Shown here: in pieces, positions 25,231-40,557 of the stretch
Numbering within the stretch: position 1 is the stretch's first letter
Layout of the letters: the number at the start of each line of letters is the position of its first letter
From: the human T2T-CHM13v2.0 reference genome, Homo sapiens
DNA length: 64,000 nucleotides
Strand: one strand, 5' to 3'
Assembly (NCBI RefSeq): GCF_009914755.1
Contig: NC_060933.1
Translations under genes and position numbers: made by a program
Notes under the pieces: generated by a model
Told to the model about the DNA's origin: nothing
The model's database searches: none
Seen by the model: the letters and a program-made list of their open reading frames with translations, nothing else

Positions 25231-25889
25231 CTTGCTATCTCTCTCCTCTTGCCTGTAAATGGACACAAAAAAATGTCACTGAAAGTTTTGCTCCAAAAAT
25301 AAAACTTGAATGATTAATGAGGTCTAATCATATGCTTTTTGCCTCCACATTTTTTTCTTTTGCCCTTTGTGTTGTCTTGTTCCCTATGCTCTCCTTGAAT
25401 GAGGGGAAGGACCAGACTCTTACTTACCCAGCAGAGAGGAGATCTGCAAGGAAGGAATAGTGCTAGTGAACATTTTCATCCCTTAATGGTTAAGAGGAGC
25501 CTGGAGCATGAATCAAACTAACAAAAGGGGAAAAATAGTTTTTCCTAATGGCTCTCTCTCTGAAAAGCTAAGGTAGATTTAACAAGAAGACGTCGATAGT
25601 CTGATTTGCTGAGGTCTATGAAAACCAGTCCACAAATTTCAGCCATTCATGAAAACTGTTCTAAGCCATAAGCAGTCAACCTGACACAAAGTTTGGACTC
25701 ATCAGCTTTTGTCCCACCCTAATAGGTAGGCAGGCTTTTCTTCCTTTGCTAGGTTTTCACCAAAAATATGTTTTGGCAGACATAATCTGTTTAAAAACCA
25801 ACCTGATGTCAATTTCTATGAACTTGAGCACATTCAACCTCAAATAGATATGTATTCAGAGGGTCAAAAATATCTGCTTAACTGTGGTC

Positions 25890-26110
25890 CAGGCTGTTTG
25901 GCTCAGTTCTTTAGTGGATGTGGCCAAGGATAGGAGTTAAATCTTTATGTGGGGCAGAGGAAAAGCTGCTTGCTTGCCCCAGATGATGCTATGGATCTCA
26001 GCAGATCCCCTGTAGAGCACGGGAGGTTTGCCCCAGACCAGTGACAGGTGGTCTAGTACAGACTCCTTCCCACAACTGGGAGAGAGACTCCAACCAACTG
26101 AAAGTACATA
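25890..26110 (+). mobile_element. MamSINE1-like ancient tRNA-derived SINE
   Basis: A-box-like tggctcagtt, then ggccaaggataggagttaaatc; 3' part actccttcccacaactggg resembles recalled consensus. Confidence 0.4.
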
Positions 26111-26199
26111 TGATTAAGTAATTCATTATGCATCTCCATAAAAGTTACAAAATGCTCTGCTAATTTCAACAGCCTTCTTGAGAACATGAAATAATAATG

Positions 26200-26340
26200 C
26201 TGGCTGTTATTATTAGCACCTCCATTTTATATAGGTCAGGAAGCTAGGGCTCAGGGAGGTTGAGAAGTTTGACAACTTCCTAAGGCTAAAGGGCAAATCC
26301 TAATTCAAACCAGGGTCCTTTGACCCCAAATCCCATCATG
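26200..26340 (-). mobile_element. MIR
   Basis: ccattttatataggtcaggaagctagggctcagggaggttgag. Confidence 0.6.
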
Positions 26341-26748
26341 AGTCAGTGACCCCACCCTCATGCAGATGGGCAATCAGTGCTTCTTAAATCACCTGCCGGC
26401 TAGCCCAAACTAACTCTCTCTATCATCTGTTATGATTTAATATGATAATCCCATAGGAAAAAATTTAGGTGGGATGCAATTATATGCCAATCATAGTGTA
26501 GGTTTTATTTATTTAAAAAAATGAACCTCAAATGGTAGCACGTTAGTCCATTGTTTTGCTTACAGCCTTTGCCAATTAAACCTGCATCTGGGAATGGGGT
26601 CTAGATATGGCAAAACTGTTGCAGCCTGTGTAACAATGACTGAAGGTCATAGAAGTCATATTTGAAATTGTTCAAAAGGTGATTCTTCATTTCCTCTGCA
26701 TCATAATTATGAAGGGAAGATCAGAAGCACTATAAAAAACATTTTGTT

Positions 26749-27017
<269 letters not shown>

Positions 27018-28394
27018 TCACAAGGAAGTTATAGGGCTGTTGAGGGTTTTATCTCACAATTTGCTGCTCAAATATGAACGTTGTAAAGAGATATGCTGAG
27101 GTTTCATTTGTGTTCAAGCTCTTTGAGCTGAGTCAGCTGTTTCCAGAACAAATATAATGCAGCAAGTTCATGTGCTGGGGCAGAACACTGAAATGTGGTG
27201 ATTATATTCCCCATAGATAATGCTTCTTAAACTAGGGGCATAAAGACATCTGTAGTGTGAACATTACTAGGGCCAGTTTTTATGTATCAGGTAACTAATT
27301 CCAGCTGTTAACTATGTCCTCCTCTGCCAAAGACTTTCCCCAAAGGTAGCCATTGGTTCCAGGAGTTCTACGCTGAATACTGCAAAAGATGGCCATTATG
27401 CAGCCTGTCTGATAGTTTTGTCTGATAGTTTATTTAGAGGCAAATGCACTCCTCCTACAAAGTCTCTTCTACAGTGAGCACAAATTTACCTTGATGCTGC
27501 ACTTTATGGATCAGAACATTTGACCCTTGATACCCAACTCCTTCCCTGACCACACTTTCCTCAAGGCATCCAAGTGCAGCAGCATATAAAGGCATTTGTC
27601 CAAAATATTTGAGGCCCACCCAAGGGTCAGATAAATGTCATCATGTTTATTTTCTGGAATCAGGGTTAAGGGATAGGGTTAAGGGAAAGATTTTTCCTGT
27701 TTCAACTCAAGTTTACTGGAAATGAAGCAATCACATTTTATGCAAAATACTGTTTTTCTCTCTGTGTGACATCATAATCTGGCATGCTCTAATGAGTCTT
27801 TTATTGTCTTACCTTTGAATGTCACGTGCCTGTTTTATTTGTATTCCAAGATGCAGTATTTCAGAAAGAGGACAAAAAACTACCCATTTGGGCAAGGTGG
27901 GGTGGCTTGACTTTCTCTGGTTGTGGGTAACTAACACTGGCAAATGTAGGCTTATTAAGTCCTGGGTAATGTATATCCATTGGTCTGAAATTCAAATTCT
28001 TATAGATGTTTGGGTCACTTTAATAATTCTCTGGAGATGAGAATAAACTTGGAGCAGTGAGTGATTTAAAACAAATGACCAACACACCATCAGATTGTTC
28101 ACTGATGCAAACTGCACCAAATTCAGAAAGTAAGGAGGCTCAAAAAGTAATATAAGCCATGGTATCATTGGCTCCTCACCCACCCCCGCATGAGAGAAAT
28201 ATGTATTTCATATGAAGCCTAAAGCATATGCATGGGTGAATCAGGCAGTCCCCAGTTGGTGAATGGTATTCATTATTTCCAGAACACACAATCTTCACCC
28301 CTTTTTGGCTTTTCACAAAGTGTTCCCTCTTCTTGAAATTCTTCCCTTCTTACATCATTTATTGGAATCCTTCTTTGGAAGAATCTTAGTTATC

Positions 28395-28860
28395 CTCCAG
28401 TGTCCTTTACCTCATCTTCCATAGTGTTAGAATGTTGAGCTGGACATGTGGCTATCCAGAAAAATACTACCTTTCCCAGCTTCTCTTGCAGCTAGATGTG
28501 ACTCTGTGACTAAGTTCTGGCCGATGACATATAAGCAGAAGCGTCAGCTGGCAGCAACTGGAAATCTCCATTGCTATTTTTTGCTCCTTCTGTCCTGCTT
28601 TGCTGATCGGCATGGAGAGACAAGGTGGCTCCAGCTGGAGGAGCTACCCCAGAGCCTGTGGGGGGATGGAGAATGGAGTAGGTTCATGGGGAAGCAATAA
28701 GATAGAAGGAGCCTGAATCCCTAATACTGTGGGAAGCCAACTCAGCATTGGATTGCCTGCCTCTTGACTCATACTATAGAAAAAAACAAACTTGTAAATT
28801 ATTTAAGTCACTGTTATATTGGGGTTCCTGTCACTCACATTGAACTTAATTGTAAGAAAT
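28395..28860 (+). mobile_element. MLT1 (I/J-like) LTR inserted in an L2 remnant
   Basis: ctttcccagcttctcttgcagctagatgtgactctgtgactaagttctggcc...tttaagtcactgttatattggggttcctgtcactca. Confidence 0.65.
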
Positions 28861-29599
28861 CCACTGTCTCATGCTTTAAAGCTCACTTTAATGCCAACAT
28901 CACGTGCAAGAACATGGGCTTGAGCAAGAGCTCTGGGCTCCAAGTTTTCATAATATATGGTGGTCTTTTTCGTCCTCTCTCTTTTCTTTCCACACAGGCT
29001 TCTTGAAGCCCACTCTTCTTCCGGCTGCCTTCTAGTCAGTATACTTATTTTCATAAGTGGGCATCAACATTTTTAAGGAATTTTCTGGAAAACCATGTTT
29101 TTCCTTTGAAAGAGGCATGCAATGTGGCTGCCTGGTGGCCCCATCTCGAGCTCATTTGAATTCTTCCCTTCACGTTCTAGAAACTCTGTAGGACGTTGTA
29201 AGCTAATGTTCTCTAAATCTACTGGCCATAACCTATATCCCATCTGTGATTCCAGGTTCTGTGGCCTCAGGACCCCTGACACCTCATGATGTTCCTCAGA
29301 GCTCTGTTTCCCACCCCCTGTAGTCTCCGGCTGCATGCCAGGGTCTTAGGCACAGCTGCCCACCCCCAACCCCCCAGTGTCTCTCTGGCTACCTACTATG
29401 TTCAGACACTGTCTTGGCATGGGGATCCAGCAACAACCAGTGCAAGACAGCCTCTAGACATCTTCCTGGGCTCCAGCTTTCAGCCACATTTTTACCCCAA
29501 AGGGCTTTCCAATGCAAAAATTAACACCTGGCCCCATCAGTCTTGATGCTTTCTATTCAGTCAAGTTAGCTTTATCAGAGTCTGTCACAGTCAATTTTT

Positions 29600-31025
<1,426 letters not shown>

Positions 31026-31029
31026 CTAT

Positions 31030-32490
31030 TTAATAATTATTGAACATCTACCACATTCAGAAACTGTCTTGGCTTAGGATACACCAATAAAACAGATGGA
31101 CATATTCCTGCCTTCACATTTGTGGTTTTTAGTGCAGGAAACAGGAGAATAATTGATATGTACAACTAGTGAAACATGAGTGGTGAGAAGAGAGGCACAA
31201 GCTCCTGGGGAACGTATGATAAGGGTCCACCCTGGGCTCAGGGTGAATGAAGTTTCCTAGACAAGTGACATCTAAGTTTAGTCCTGAGGTTCAGGATAGG
31301 CAAACAGAGGAGGGAGAACAATAATGAAGATAGACAGAAGTGCATGCAGAAAATCCAAGCGTCAATAGCAAGCCTGATGCATTTGAGAAATTGAAAATAA
31401 TTCTGTGTTGCTGGAGCAGAATGTGATTGGTTCTAAACAGGGACCAGAGTAAGAGTCACTCAAACCGTGTGAAGGAGCATGTAGTTTACCCTGGGGACCA
31501 TGGAAAATTTTGAAAGGGTTTAAGTAAGAAAGTTACTTAACTTGATTCATAGTCAAGAAAGATCTGTCTGGCTGCAATATGGAGGGTTGGTTGGAATGGG
31601 GGCAAAAATTATGGCAGGGAAATAGCTTGTTCTAATAAACCAGAAAGGAAAATGATGGTGGCCTGCACTAGGGTAGTGGCACCAGAAATAGAGGGATATG
31701 GATGGATTTGACAAATGTGGTCTATTTGGAAGACATTTAGGATGTAAACTTGACAGAAATTGGTGATTGATTAGATACGCTGAATTAGTGAGGAATCAGG
31801 GATGACACCACAGGACAATTGGGTACATGTTGGTTTCATTCACTGAAAAGGAATGCAGGAAAGATGGGCTTGAGGTGGGAAGATGCTACAGTTTGAGATG
31901 TGTGTGGTACAACCTAAAGCTGCATGCCCAATAGACAATTGGCTGTGCTGGCCTAGAGGCTGGAGGAGAGTGAGATGAACTAGGGATATAAATTCGTGTG
32001 TCTTCAGTATTTAAAGGGTGAGTAAAGCTGTAAGAGTGAATGTAACCCAACCTCTCACACAGAGTCTGCAGAATGAACATAGCAGAGGATCTAAGGAGCA
32101 ACAATATTTAAGGTACAAACAGAGGATGGGAAGCTACAAAATTAGACATAGGAAGCAGCCAGAGGGAGGGCAGAAATACGGGAGAGTGTGGTATCTTTGA
32201 AGTGGAAGAAAGATGGATGTTTGGAAAATGGGACTGGCATGACATTGATGCTCTGAGACATCAGGCAAGATAATGACTGCAAGGTTGTCACTGGTATTAA
32301 GAAGTATGTTAATGACCTTGAAGAGAACAGTTTTGGTGGCCTAGAGAGGGCATAGGATAGACTGCAGTCAACTGGAAAATAAGAAGTAAGCAAACAGAAA
32401 TGGGCAGTGTTGACAACTATAAAAGTTTTGAGTATGAAGGGAAGAGCAGAAGAGGATAATGATAGCTGAAAGGAGATGTGAGACCAAGGA
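31030..32490 (-). mobile_element. L2, long fragment
   Basis: ttattgaacatctaccacattcag... through atgatggtggcctgcactagggtagtggc and the purine-rich L2 body. Confidence 0.8.
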
Positions 32491-33541
32491 AATTCAGACT
32501 TTCCATCCAGAAATATTTTATGACTCTCCTTTTATTTACTCAAATATTTTCTAGTTCTTGGAAAAGTTTGTAGCTATCCGTGTGGATGTTGCAGATTTCT
32601 TGTATCGTTGTTCCTGTTTAACTGGTGCTTTCTCCCCTAATTTTAAATGTAATCTTTTTTAACCTTATTACTTTATATTTACTAACCTATTGTTAGTAAA
32701 TGGAAATCATGCTGATTCCCTATATTTTTATACTTATCTTGTTTCCATCCACTTTATGAAAATATATTATTATATAATTATTTTGCATAATATAATTATA
32801 TGATATTATAATAGTTATAATCAATTATATTGAGTTCTCCATGTATATAAGTACTGATCTTTCATAGTGTAAATGTCATTCCTTTTCATAGTTTTTCAAG
32901 GAAGGGACTGCGCCCTAAAATATAAAATTAAAGGGTCCTGGGAAATCACCTAGACTAATATTTTTATTTCTTAAAATGAAGAATTCAGGTTAAGAGCAGT
33001 TAAGCCTCTACAGTCTTATTCATGCCAGGTCCTGTTACAACACCATAAAATGGATATACATTCCATTTTCATCAGAAGACAACAGCTTCAGGATGGGGGA
33101 CAGAATATTAAAGGTTTATATCACATTAATTATGGTAATAAAATACAACTAATTCAGTGAGATCTCCAGCAACATCCTCAGAAACTAATTAAATTTTGCT
33201 GTTGCTCCTGGTGCCAACATGCACTGTTTGGTGACCTTAACTAGCTCATTCTGCTTCTCCCCATTTGCAGGGTAACTGAACTGGGTTTTATGCCATTATC
33301 CCTCTCTTGTTGATACCCACCACTGGAGAAAAGTATTCTTGCCCCCTCTGCTGGCACTTAACACCTTTTTCAATGGATTTCTGAAAATAATCTGGCTCTG
33401 TAAAGTTATAATTCCCACTGCCAATAAATGTGATACAGGTTCCCGGGCAGGGAGTCCCTTTGAAAGACCCCACGTGCTTTCTGTAAAACTTTACCAATTT
33501 TATTAAACCATAATTTACATCTAATAAGACAACTAAATATA

Positions 33542-34027
33542 TGTACTAGTCAAGGTTCTTGAGAGAGAATATATACATATGTTCAGACAGAGAGAGAGAG
33601 AGAGAGTTATTAGAAGGTATTAGCTCATGCAATTATGGAGGCTGAGAAGTTGCACTATCTGCCCTTGACAAGCTGGAGGCCCAGGAAAGCCAGTGATGCA
33701 GTTTGAAGGTCTGAGAGCTAGTGGTATAGACTCCAGTCGAGTCAGAGAGACAGGAGTGCAAAGAGTAGGAGAAGATTGATGTCTCAGCTCTGTCAGACAA
33801 AGAGAGCAAATTCTCCCATCATCTACCACTTTGTTCTATTCAGACCCTCAGTGGATTGGATGATGCCCACCCACACTGGGGAGGGCAAACAACTTGACTC
33901 AGCCTACCAATTTACATGATAATCTCTTCCAGGAACACCCTCACAGACACACCCAGAAATAATGTCTAACCAGCAATCCTGGCAACCCATGAGCCAGTCA
34001 AGTTGTCACATAAAATTAACAATTGCA
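33542..34027 (-). mobile_element. MLT2 (ERVL) solo LTR inserted in an L1M fragment
   Basis: tgtactagtcaaggttct...ggattggatgatgcccacccacactggggagggc...cagtcaagttgtcacataaaattaac; TSD atata/gtata. Confidence 0.9.
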
Positions 34028-35400
34028 GTATAGCTCAATGAATTTTGACAAATGTCTACACCTGCATAACCATCCCAATCAAACCATGGAACATTTTTGT
34101 CTCCCTCAAAATTCCTGTGTACCCCCTTGCTATCAATGCCCCCTTCCTCTCCTCCACTGTATTTCCAGGAAACCAATGATCTGCTGTCACTGTAGATTAA
34201 TTTTGTTCATGCTACAATCCCAAATAAGGGAATCAAACTGTATGTGGTCTTTTGTGCTTGGATTTTTTACTCAGAATGAAGTTTTAGTTTATTAACATAA
34301 AGGAGTCAGTAGTTATCTCCTTTTTATAGCTCAATAGCTTTCTATTTATGAGTATACCGTGATTTGTGTATCCATTCACCTGTTGATGGATGAACATTGG
34401 CTTTTTTCCAGTTTGGGCTAATACAAATAAATATGCTGTGAGTAATCATGTACAAACCATTTCTGGTGGGTGAATACCCAAGAGTGAAATTGCTGGGTCA
34501 TAAGCCAAGTTTATGCGTTTCTCAGCCCTTTCCTCTTTCAAATTACTTGTGGATTTTTTTCATTTCTTTATGTAATTATGTCAACTTTCAGTGTCCATGT
34601 TTCAAATCAATGTTGTTAGAAAGATACAGGTTTAGAATTATAATAAATTCCTGGGGAGTTGTTACTTTTATCACTGAATAAAGCTTTCATTTTTCTAATA
34701 ATATTTTTGCCTGAAACTCTATTTTACTGGATATTAATATTTTCTCTGGTTAATATTTTAGTAGTTTATTTTACCATTCCTATCATTCAAAATATTTCTT
34801 TAAGTTTTCTTAAAATAATATATGACCATAATTTTTAAAAGTCAAATTGTGCTGCAAAGTTTAATGAAAGCCTGAAGTACTCTTTCCTACCACTCCCCAA
34901 CCACAATCCTCCAGAGCCAACATTTAAAATTATTTTTAGTTTTCCGTTCCATTCATATTTTTAAGTACCACATTTATTCTTTTTCTATTTGGGGCATTAT
35001 CTATTGATTTCCAAGCATGATAGATAAGACCTATTCATTCAGACCTGCTCCCTCATCCTCCTGCTATGGACAGACACAATTCTTGGTTAGATCATTATTC
35101 AGAGTTTGTATCACAAGAGTATTGAATGCTATTTACACCTGAGACCTAACAATGTTGTATAATTACATTTAATTTTTTGTACAATGTTGTTCTTTTCAAG
35201 TATCAACAACTGCTTCATTTTGCTGTTTTCTTAAAAAAAACTATCACTGATTCTTCCTCAAACTTTTCCACATGGTCATGTATACTGGATAATCCATCTA
35301 TTCTGTTTTCTTTCTTTGTGATGTACTCTGGAGTCATCCATTCCTCTGCATTTCTCAGTGATATCTTTCTTCCTTCTTCTCAACATTGTATTTAAGCTTC
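34028..35400 (-). mobile_element. L1M (L1MB/ME-like) fragments
   Basis: tagctcaatgaattttgacaaatg, ccattcacctgttgatgga, agagtgaaattgctgggtca. Confidence 0.7.
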
Positions 35401-35646
35401 CTGACTCATTTTACACTACTTAACCCTCCTTTTTCTGAGAAGGATTTCTTTCTCTCTTGGCTCACTACATATACCATACCGATTTATAATCATTTATTTA
35501 AACTCAAGTTCCTGAAATAAATACAAATCTTCCTTTCCCTTTTTTTTTTAACATTTTAAAAAGCAAATGACAACAAAGGAAAGAGAGTAAAAAGGCTGCT
35601 GAAGGGTTGTAAGCATGAGAGCAGTGTGTTTTAAACCATCACTGTT

Positions 35647-35946
35647 GGCCAGGTGCGGTGGCTCACGCCTGTAATCCCAGCACTTTGGGAGGCCGAGGTG
35701 GGCAGATCACAAGGTCAGGAGTTCGAGACCAGCCTGACCAACATGGTGAAACCCTGTCTCTACTAAAAATACAAAAATTAGCCAGGAGTGGTGGCATGTG
35801 CCTGTAATCTCAGCTACTTGGGAAACTGACTTAGGAGAATTGCTTGAACCCAGGAGGCAGAGGTTGCAGTGAGCTAGATCACACCACTGCACTCCAGCCT
35901 GGGCTACAAGAGCAAAACTCCACCTCCAAAAACAAAACAAACAAAA
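35647..35946 (+). mobile_element. AluS, full length, inside an L2 remnant
   Basis: Full dimer; degenerate TSD aaaccatcactgtt / aacccatcactttt. Confidence 0.96.
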
Positions 35947-35949
35947 CCC

Positions 35950-36230
35950 ATCACTTTTGCAGAGTGGAAAATGAGGGGCTAGCTGTGGGTGCAGTTATTA
36001 CCACAGTTCGGTCACAAGATGATGGTGCCCACGTGGACTGAGTGGAAGAAATGAGGATGGAGAAAACTGGACATATCCAAAAGATATTAAAGAAGTAGCA
36101 TGCATAGTGCTTGGTGATTGGATGGTGATGAATAGAGAGGTAGGAGAGGTCAAGGATGATTCTCAGGATTCTGGCTGGATGGACATGGTGCCATTTACTG
36201 AGATGGGGGAATATTGGAAGTCATGGAGGA
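35950..36230 (-). mobile_element. L2 fragment
   Basis: gtgcttggtgattggatgg...gtcaaggatgattctcagg...atggtgccatttactgagatgggg. Confidence 0.75.
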
Positions 36231-37984
36231 GGAGGAAAAGGAGAAAGAGAAGGACAAAGCATTCATTTTCAGGTGATAATGATGTGACCTATTGTATATA
36301 AGGCATTTTTCACACAAACTTTCTGAATTTGCCAAACTTTTTAAAGCAGTAGATAGCTGCCAAAAGTAGATTGGTTCTGGCAGAGTAGGTGTACTATCAA
36401 GGATCAAAATTCTACTATAATTGATTACTTTGTTTAGTTGCTTCTGTTTATTTTCTGAGATACCATTTCACATTGAATTTTTTTCTCATGCTCTTTCCTT
36501 CCAAGTAGAAAAGACAGGCTTGTCTGGCAGGCAGATGAAGTTGGAAACTGATAGGAGCTAATTAAAAAATATCAAGATGGAAAACAAAATGTGAAAGGGT
36601 GCAGAGCTTGAGTTGAAAAAACCCTAGGAGAAAAATGCAATAAGCTTACTTAATGAACTAACCAATTCCAATAGAAAATTATTGGAAAAATAATTTTTTG
36701 AAGGACATGTAGTGATATGCCACCTCCACAATGCACAGTGCCAAAAATGCTGCTGGAAGGAAAAAAAGTGCAGGCCTATTCAACAAGGAGAAAAGAGAGA
36801 GTTACGAAAACTAGGACTCTTAGGACTCTGAATATCTCAGAGAGTAAAACAGAATAAATGGTTCTTAGATCTCACGTTCTTAAGTCACATAATGATACAC
36901 CATTACATATATATTCTGAGTGATGGCATGAGTCTTGTACCACAGGAAACAGAGGACCAAGAGAGGTTAGTTAGCATTGACCATAGAGGTATGATTTGTG
37001 TCATAATAGAAATAGAATAATGTAACAAAATGAGCCAATTTCCCTGTTGACCTGCCATCATCAAGGAGATTGTAAGACCACATTTTATTCATTGTGAGTT
37101 CCGTGCAAACTAAATCACACATTTACTAATAAATTCAGCACTGCTTAGTGTCTCATAAATTTGTAAGAAATAAGCAATCTTGAAATATGTCTACCTCTAC
37201 TAAATTTATGCTTTGCACAGACATTTCTTTGCTGTTATTATTCATTTTAGTACTATGTTGTTATTGAAACATATATTCCCTTGCCAATCCAGTATACCTT
37301 AGTGAAGATAATGGCCTTTTAAAGTATAGAGATAAAGAATAAATCACTAATTTTTTTCTTCTCCAATGTTAATGCAAAATGATATACTGGCCACAAAAGA
37401 AAACCCTAATAAAACTATTCTGATTCATTTCCATCTAACGGGCCTTCTTGGCTGCAGATTCTGTCCAGGTGATACCATCCATATTGTCTCATCCAGTAAT
37501 ATACATTGAAATTATTTTTTCAAAGTCCGAGCAAATCCTAAAGTTTCTTTAGGATCCTTGATTAGGGTTATCAAGGGTTGAAAGTTCTGACTACACTAAA
37601 AAAAAATCAATGCCCGTATCATAGAGGGAAATCATACAACCATAATCAGACTGAACTTCCCTCTCACAAAGTCATTCTATGACAAAGTTAAGGATAAAAA
37701 GAATTCTATTACACCATTCAAATGTACTCCCCACATGGAATTAATAATTCTCGATGTTTGGCAAATTGTTCTCAAATATCAGACTAGTGTGATAGAGGCA
37801 AAACAATCAGGTGGTATAAAGAATTTTTGTTTTGTTTTGGTAATATTATATTAACAAGTTTACATGATGAAGGCAGAAATTTGCTGAAATTATTTATTTC
37901 TTTATGAATTGGCTTTGGTGACACTACTGTCTCAAAGAGATGCTGTGTTGGTATAACTGCAGTTTTATCTCATAAAAAAGCAGC

Positions 37985-38175
37985 ATAGAAAAGCAGAAAA
38001 ATCATGGTATAAATAGTCAAACACCTGGGTTTCAAATCAGACATTACCACTTGAAAACTCCATGATACTGACAAGTATCAATTAATCTCATCTTAAAACA
38101 ACAACAATAGTAACACCTGGATGCTATTTCACATGGTCACTGAGATCAAAGAATCCAATGAGCATGCTTTGAAAA
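37985..38175 (+). mobile_element. MIR
   Basis: agtcaaacacctgggtttcaaatcagacattaccactt. Confidence 0.55.
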
Positions 38176-39024
38176 TTATATTCAGAAATGTCCCTTTCCT
38201 TTTAAGTAGAATGTTTTATCTGAATTGAGATCACAGTGGTGAACTCTGTTATTGAGTTATCCATAAGGTTCATTTGGAAATGAATATTTTGATCTTTTAC
38301 ATTTAGTGTGAATTCAGCTGAGAAGCCTGCTTGAAGAGAGGGAAGCAAAACTGACTTACTGGTTCTTATAGAATGAACTAACCGTTAAAGCAAGCTACAG
38401 TTTGATACTCCATGTGTTAGTTTTACAATAACAATTTGAATGCTTCTCCATGAGTTGGGAAAATTTATGTTGGACACGCTTGCTGCTTCAATTTCATATT
38501 TCAAATAGGCATTCTGAAGTCCATATAAGGAGACACTGAGACTCATAAAGCAGCCCATCTGCACTTCCTGATTTATAGTCCTGTTAGTTCCCTTGGGGGG
38601 ATCTTCAGAAACCCTAAGAGGCCATATTTCTGTCAACACCATGCACCACAGGACCAGGGTTTAGGACTTGATCCCTGGAAGCTGTGCAGTTAAACTTGCC
38701 TTATAACACTGGACTAGAATGTTTGGACTTGAGGGGATCTGGATCCGATGTCTTAAAAGCCATTGTCCTGAAGAGCTGTCAGGAGCAGCCAGCTGCCTAG
38801 CCCTGGTTGCTGATGTGGTACTAATGACACTCCTAGGATGTCTCAGGTCTCCAGGGAGGGAGGGAGGAAAAGAGCCTTTGCCAAGTCCATGGGCTAAAGC
38901 AGACAGTGTTCTCAGTTCTCTCCCAGTACTTGTGGGATATTAAGCTATGTGAGATTTTGATTTTCTTATAAATCTCTTATCATGTGGCTGGGATGACTGA
39001 TTGGGTGTGAGCTGAAGTGTTGAT

Positions 39025-39470
39025 GTGACCCAGTCAGAGGGCTATGTGCTAGGTCCCATGTCCACATTCTCTACCCCGCTCCGGGGCCTGGGTGGCTATC
39101 TCATAAGAATGGCATTAAATTGGCTTTCTTGCCCTTTGGCCTCTGGTCAGAGAGTTCAATGGGTGGAAGGAAGAGAGTGTTTGTTTCCGTGGCTGTCTCC
39201 CTGCAAGGGGGCCCACAGAGGAGGCAAAGCTCTGTTAGTTGTCCCATCCATGCAGCCTTCCATGTCTCTGATTCCCATAAACAAACCGTCCGCTTACCCC
39301 TTCAGGTACATGGAGGTGATGGTGCACCGTTGTCAGCACCCTGGGTTACAGCACTCTTCTTCAGTTTCCCTGTTCCCTGCTCATCAATAGGAACTAGTCC
39401 CTTTATTAAATTCTCTTCACGTATACCAGTTTTGAGTGCCAGCTTTTTCCTGCCAAAACTCTGACACACC
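39025..39470 (+). mobile_element. LTR16-like ERVL solo LTR
   Basis: ccccttcagg...tagtccctttattaaattctcttc...ttgagtgccagctttttcctgcc 3' motif. Confidence 0.65.
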
Positions 39471-39844
39471 AGGCAAGCTGGATTGCCACCGGCCTGCAAA
39501 TGGGGGCAAACCTAAACTCCAGGTGCCAAATAGCTGTTGGGCAGAATGCCATTCAATTACAGTGAAAACAGGGGTCCTCTGCTTCTGTTACCTTCTAGTT
39601 AAGGGTTGGTTTCTCTTAGTTTTGTCTTTAAAATGTTGTATCAGAAATGTCTAATTTCGTGAGGAGTCCAAGTTGCTTATTGAAAAGAGGTCATGAGTAC
39701 TATTGCTTAATCTAAAAAATCATTTATTTGATATATTCATTTTGGGTGGGGTAAAAAATGAGGTACTACTTTTGCTATTATGAAAAAATAAAATCTCTTT
39801 CCCTCTCCTTTCCTTATTTTTACCTTTCTTTCCTTATTAATAAT

Positions 39845-40088
39845 GGGATCACTTGAGGTCAGGGGTTCCAGACCAGCCTGGCCAACATGGCAAAACCCCA
39901 TCTCTACTAAAAATACAAAAATTAGCTGGTTATGGTGGCAGGTGCTTGTAATCTTAGCTACTTGGGAGGCTGAGGCAGGAGAATTGCTTGAACCTGGGAA
40001 GTGGAGGTTGCAGTGGGCCCAGACTGTGCCACTGCACTACAGCCTGGTTGACAGAGCGAGACTCCATCTCAAAAAAAAAAAAAGAAAA
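39845..40088 (+). mobile_element. AluSz/Sx, 5'-truncated
   Basis: ggatcacttgaggtcagg...gagactccatctc followed by poly-A. Confidence 0.94.
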
Positions 40089-40202
40089 TTATCTATTGTT
40101 TAAACTTAGAGTAAATATCTTATTCAGAACACCAGATTTAGGTCAATATGCATACTCTGAAAGAATAAGAAGGAAAACAAAAATCTTATCACTCTTTAAT
40201 GT

Positions 40203-40557
40203 TGATACGGTTTGGCTCAGTCTCCACCTAAATCACATCTTGAATTATAGCTCCCAGAATTCCCACATGTCATGGGAATTACCTGGTGGGAGGTAATTCA
40301 ATCACGGGGGCAGGATTTTCTGGTGCTGTTCTTTTGATAGTGAGTAAGTCTCATGAGACTTGATGGTTTTAAAGGGAAGTTCCCCTGCACAAGCTCTCTT
40401 GTCTGCTGCCATGTAAGATGTGACTTTGCTCCTCCTTTGCCTTCTGCCATTATTGTGAGGCCTCCCCTGCCATGTGGAACTGTGAGTGAATTAAATTCCT
40501 TTCCTTTATAAATTACCCAGTATATCTTTATTAGCAGCATGAGAACAGACTAATACA
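40203..40557 (+). mobile_element. THE1 (THE1B-like) solo LTR
   Basis: tgatacggtttggct...gagaacagactaataca with perfect 5-bp TSD aatgt. Confidence 0.96.

Noticed and set aside
27406-27431. 13-bp tandem duplication tgtctgatagttt
   Set aside because: Real, but an ordinary slippage product with no further signal.
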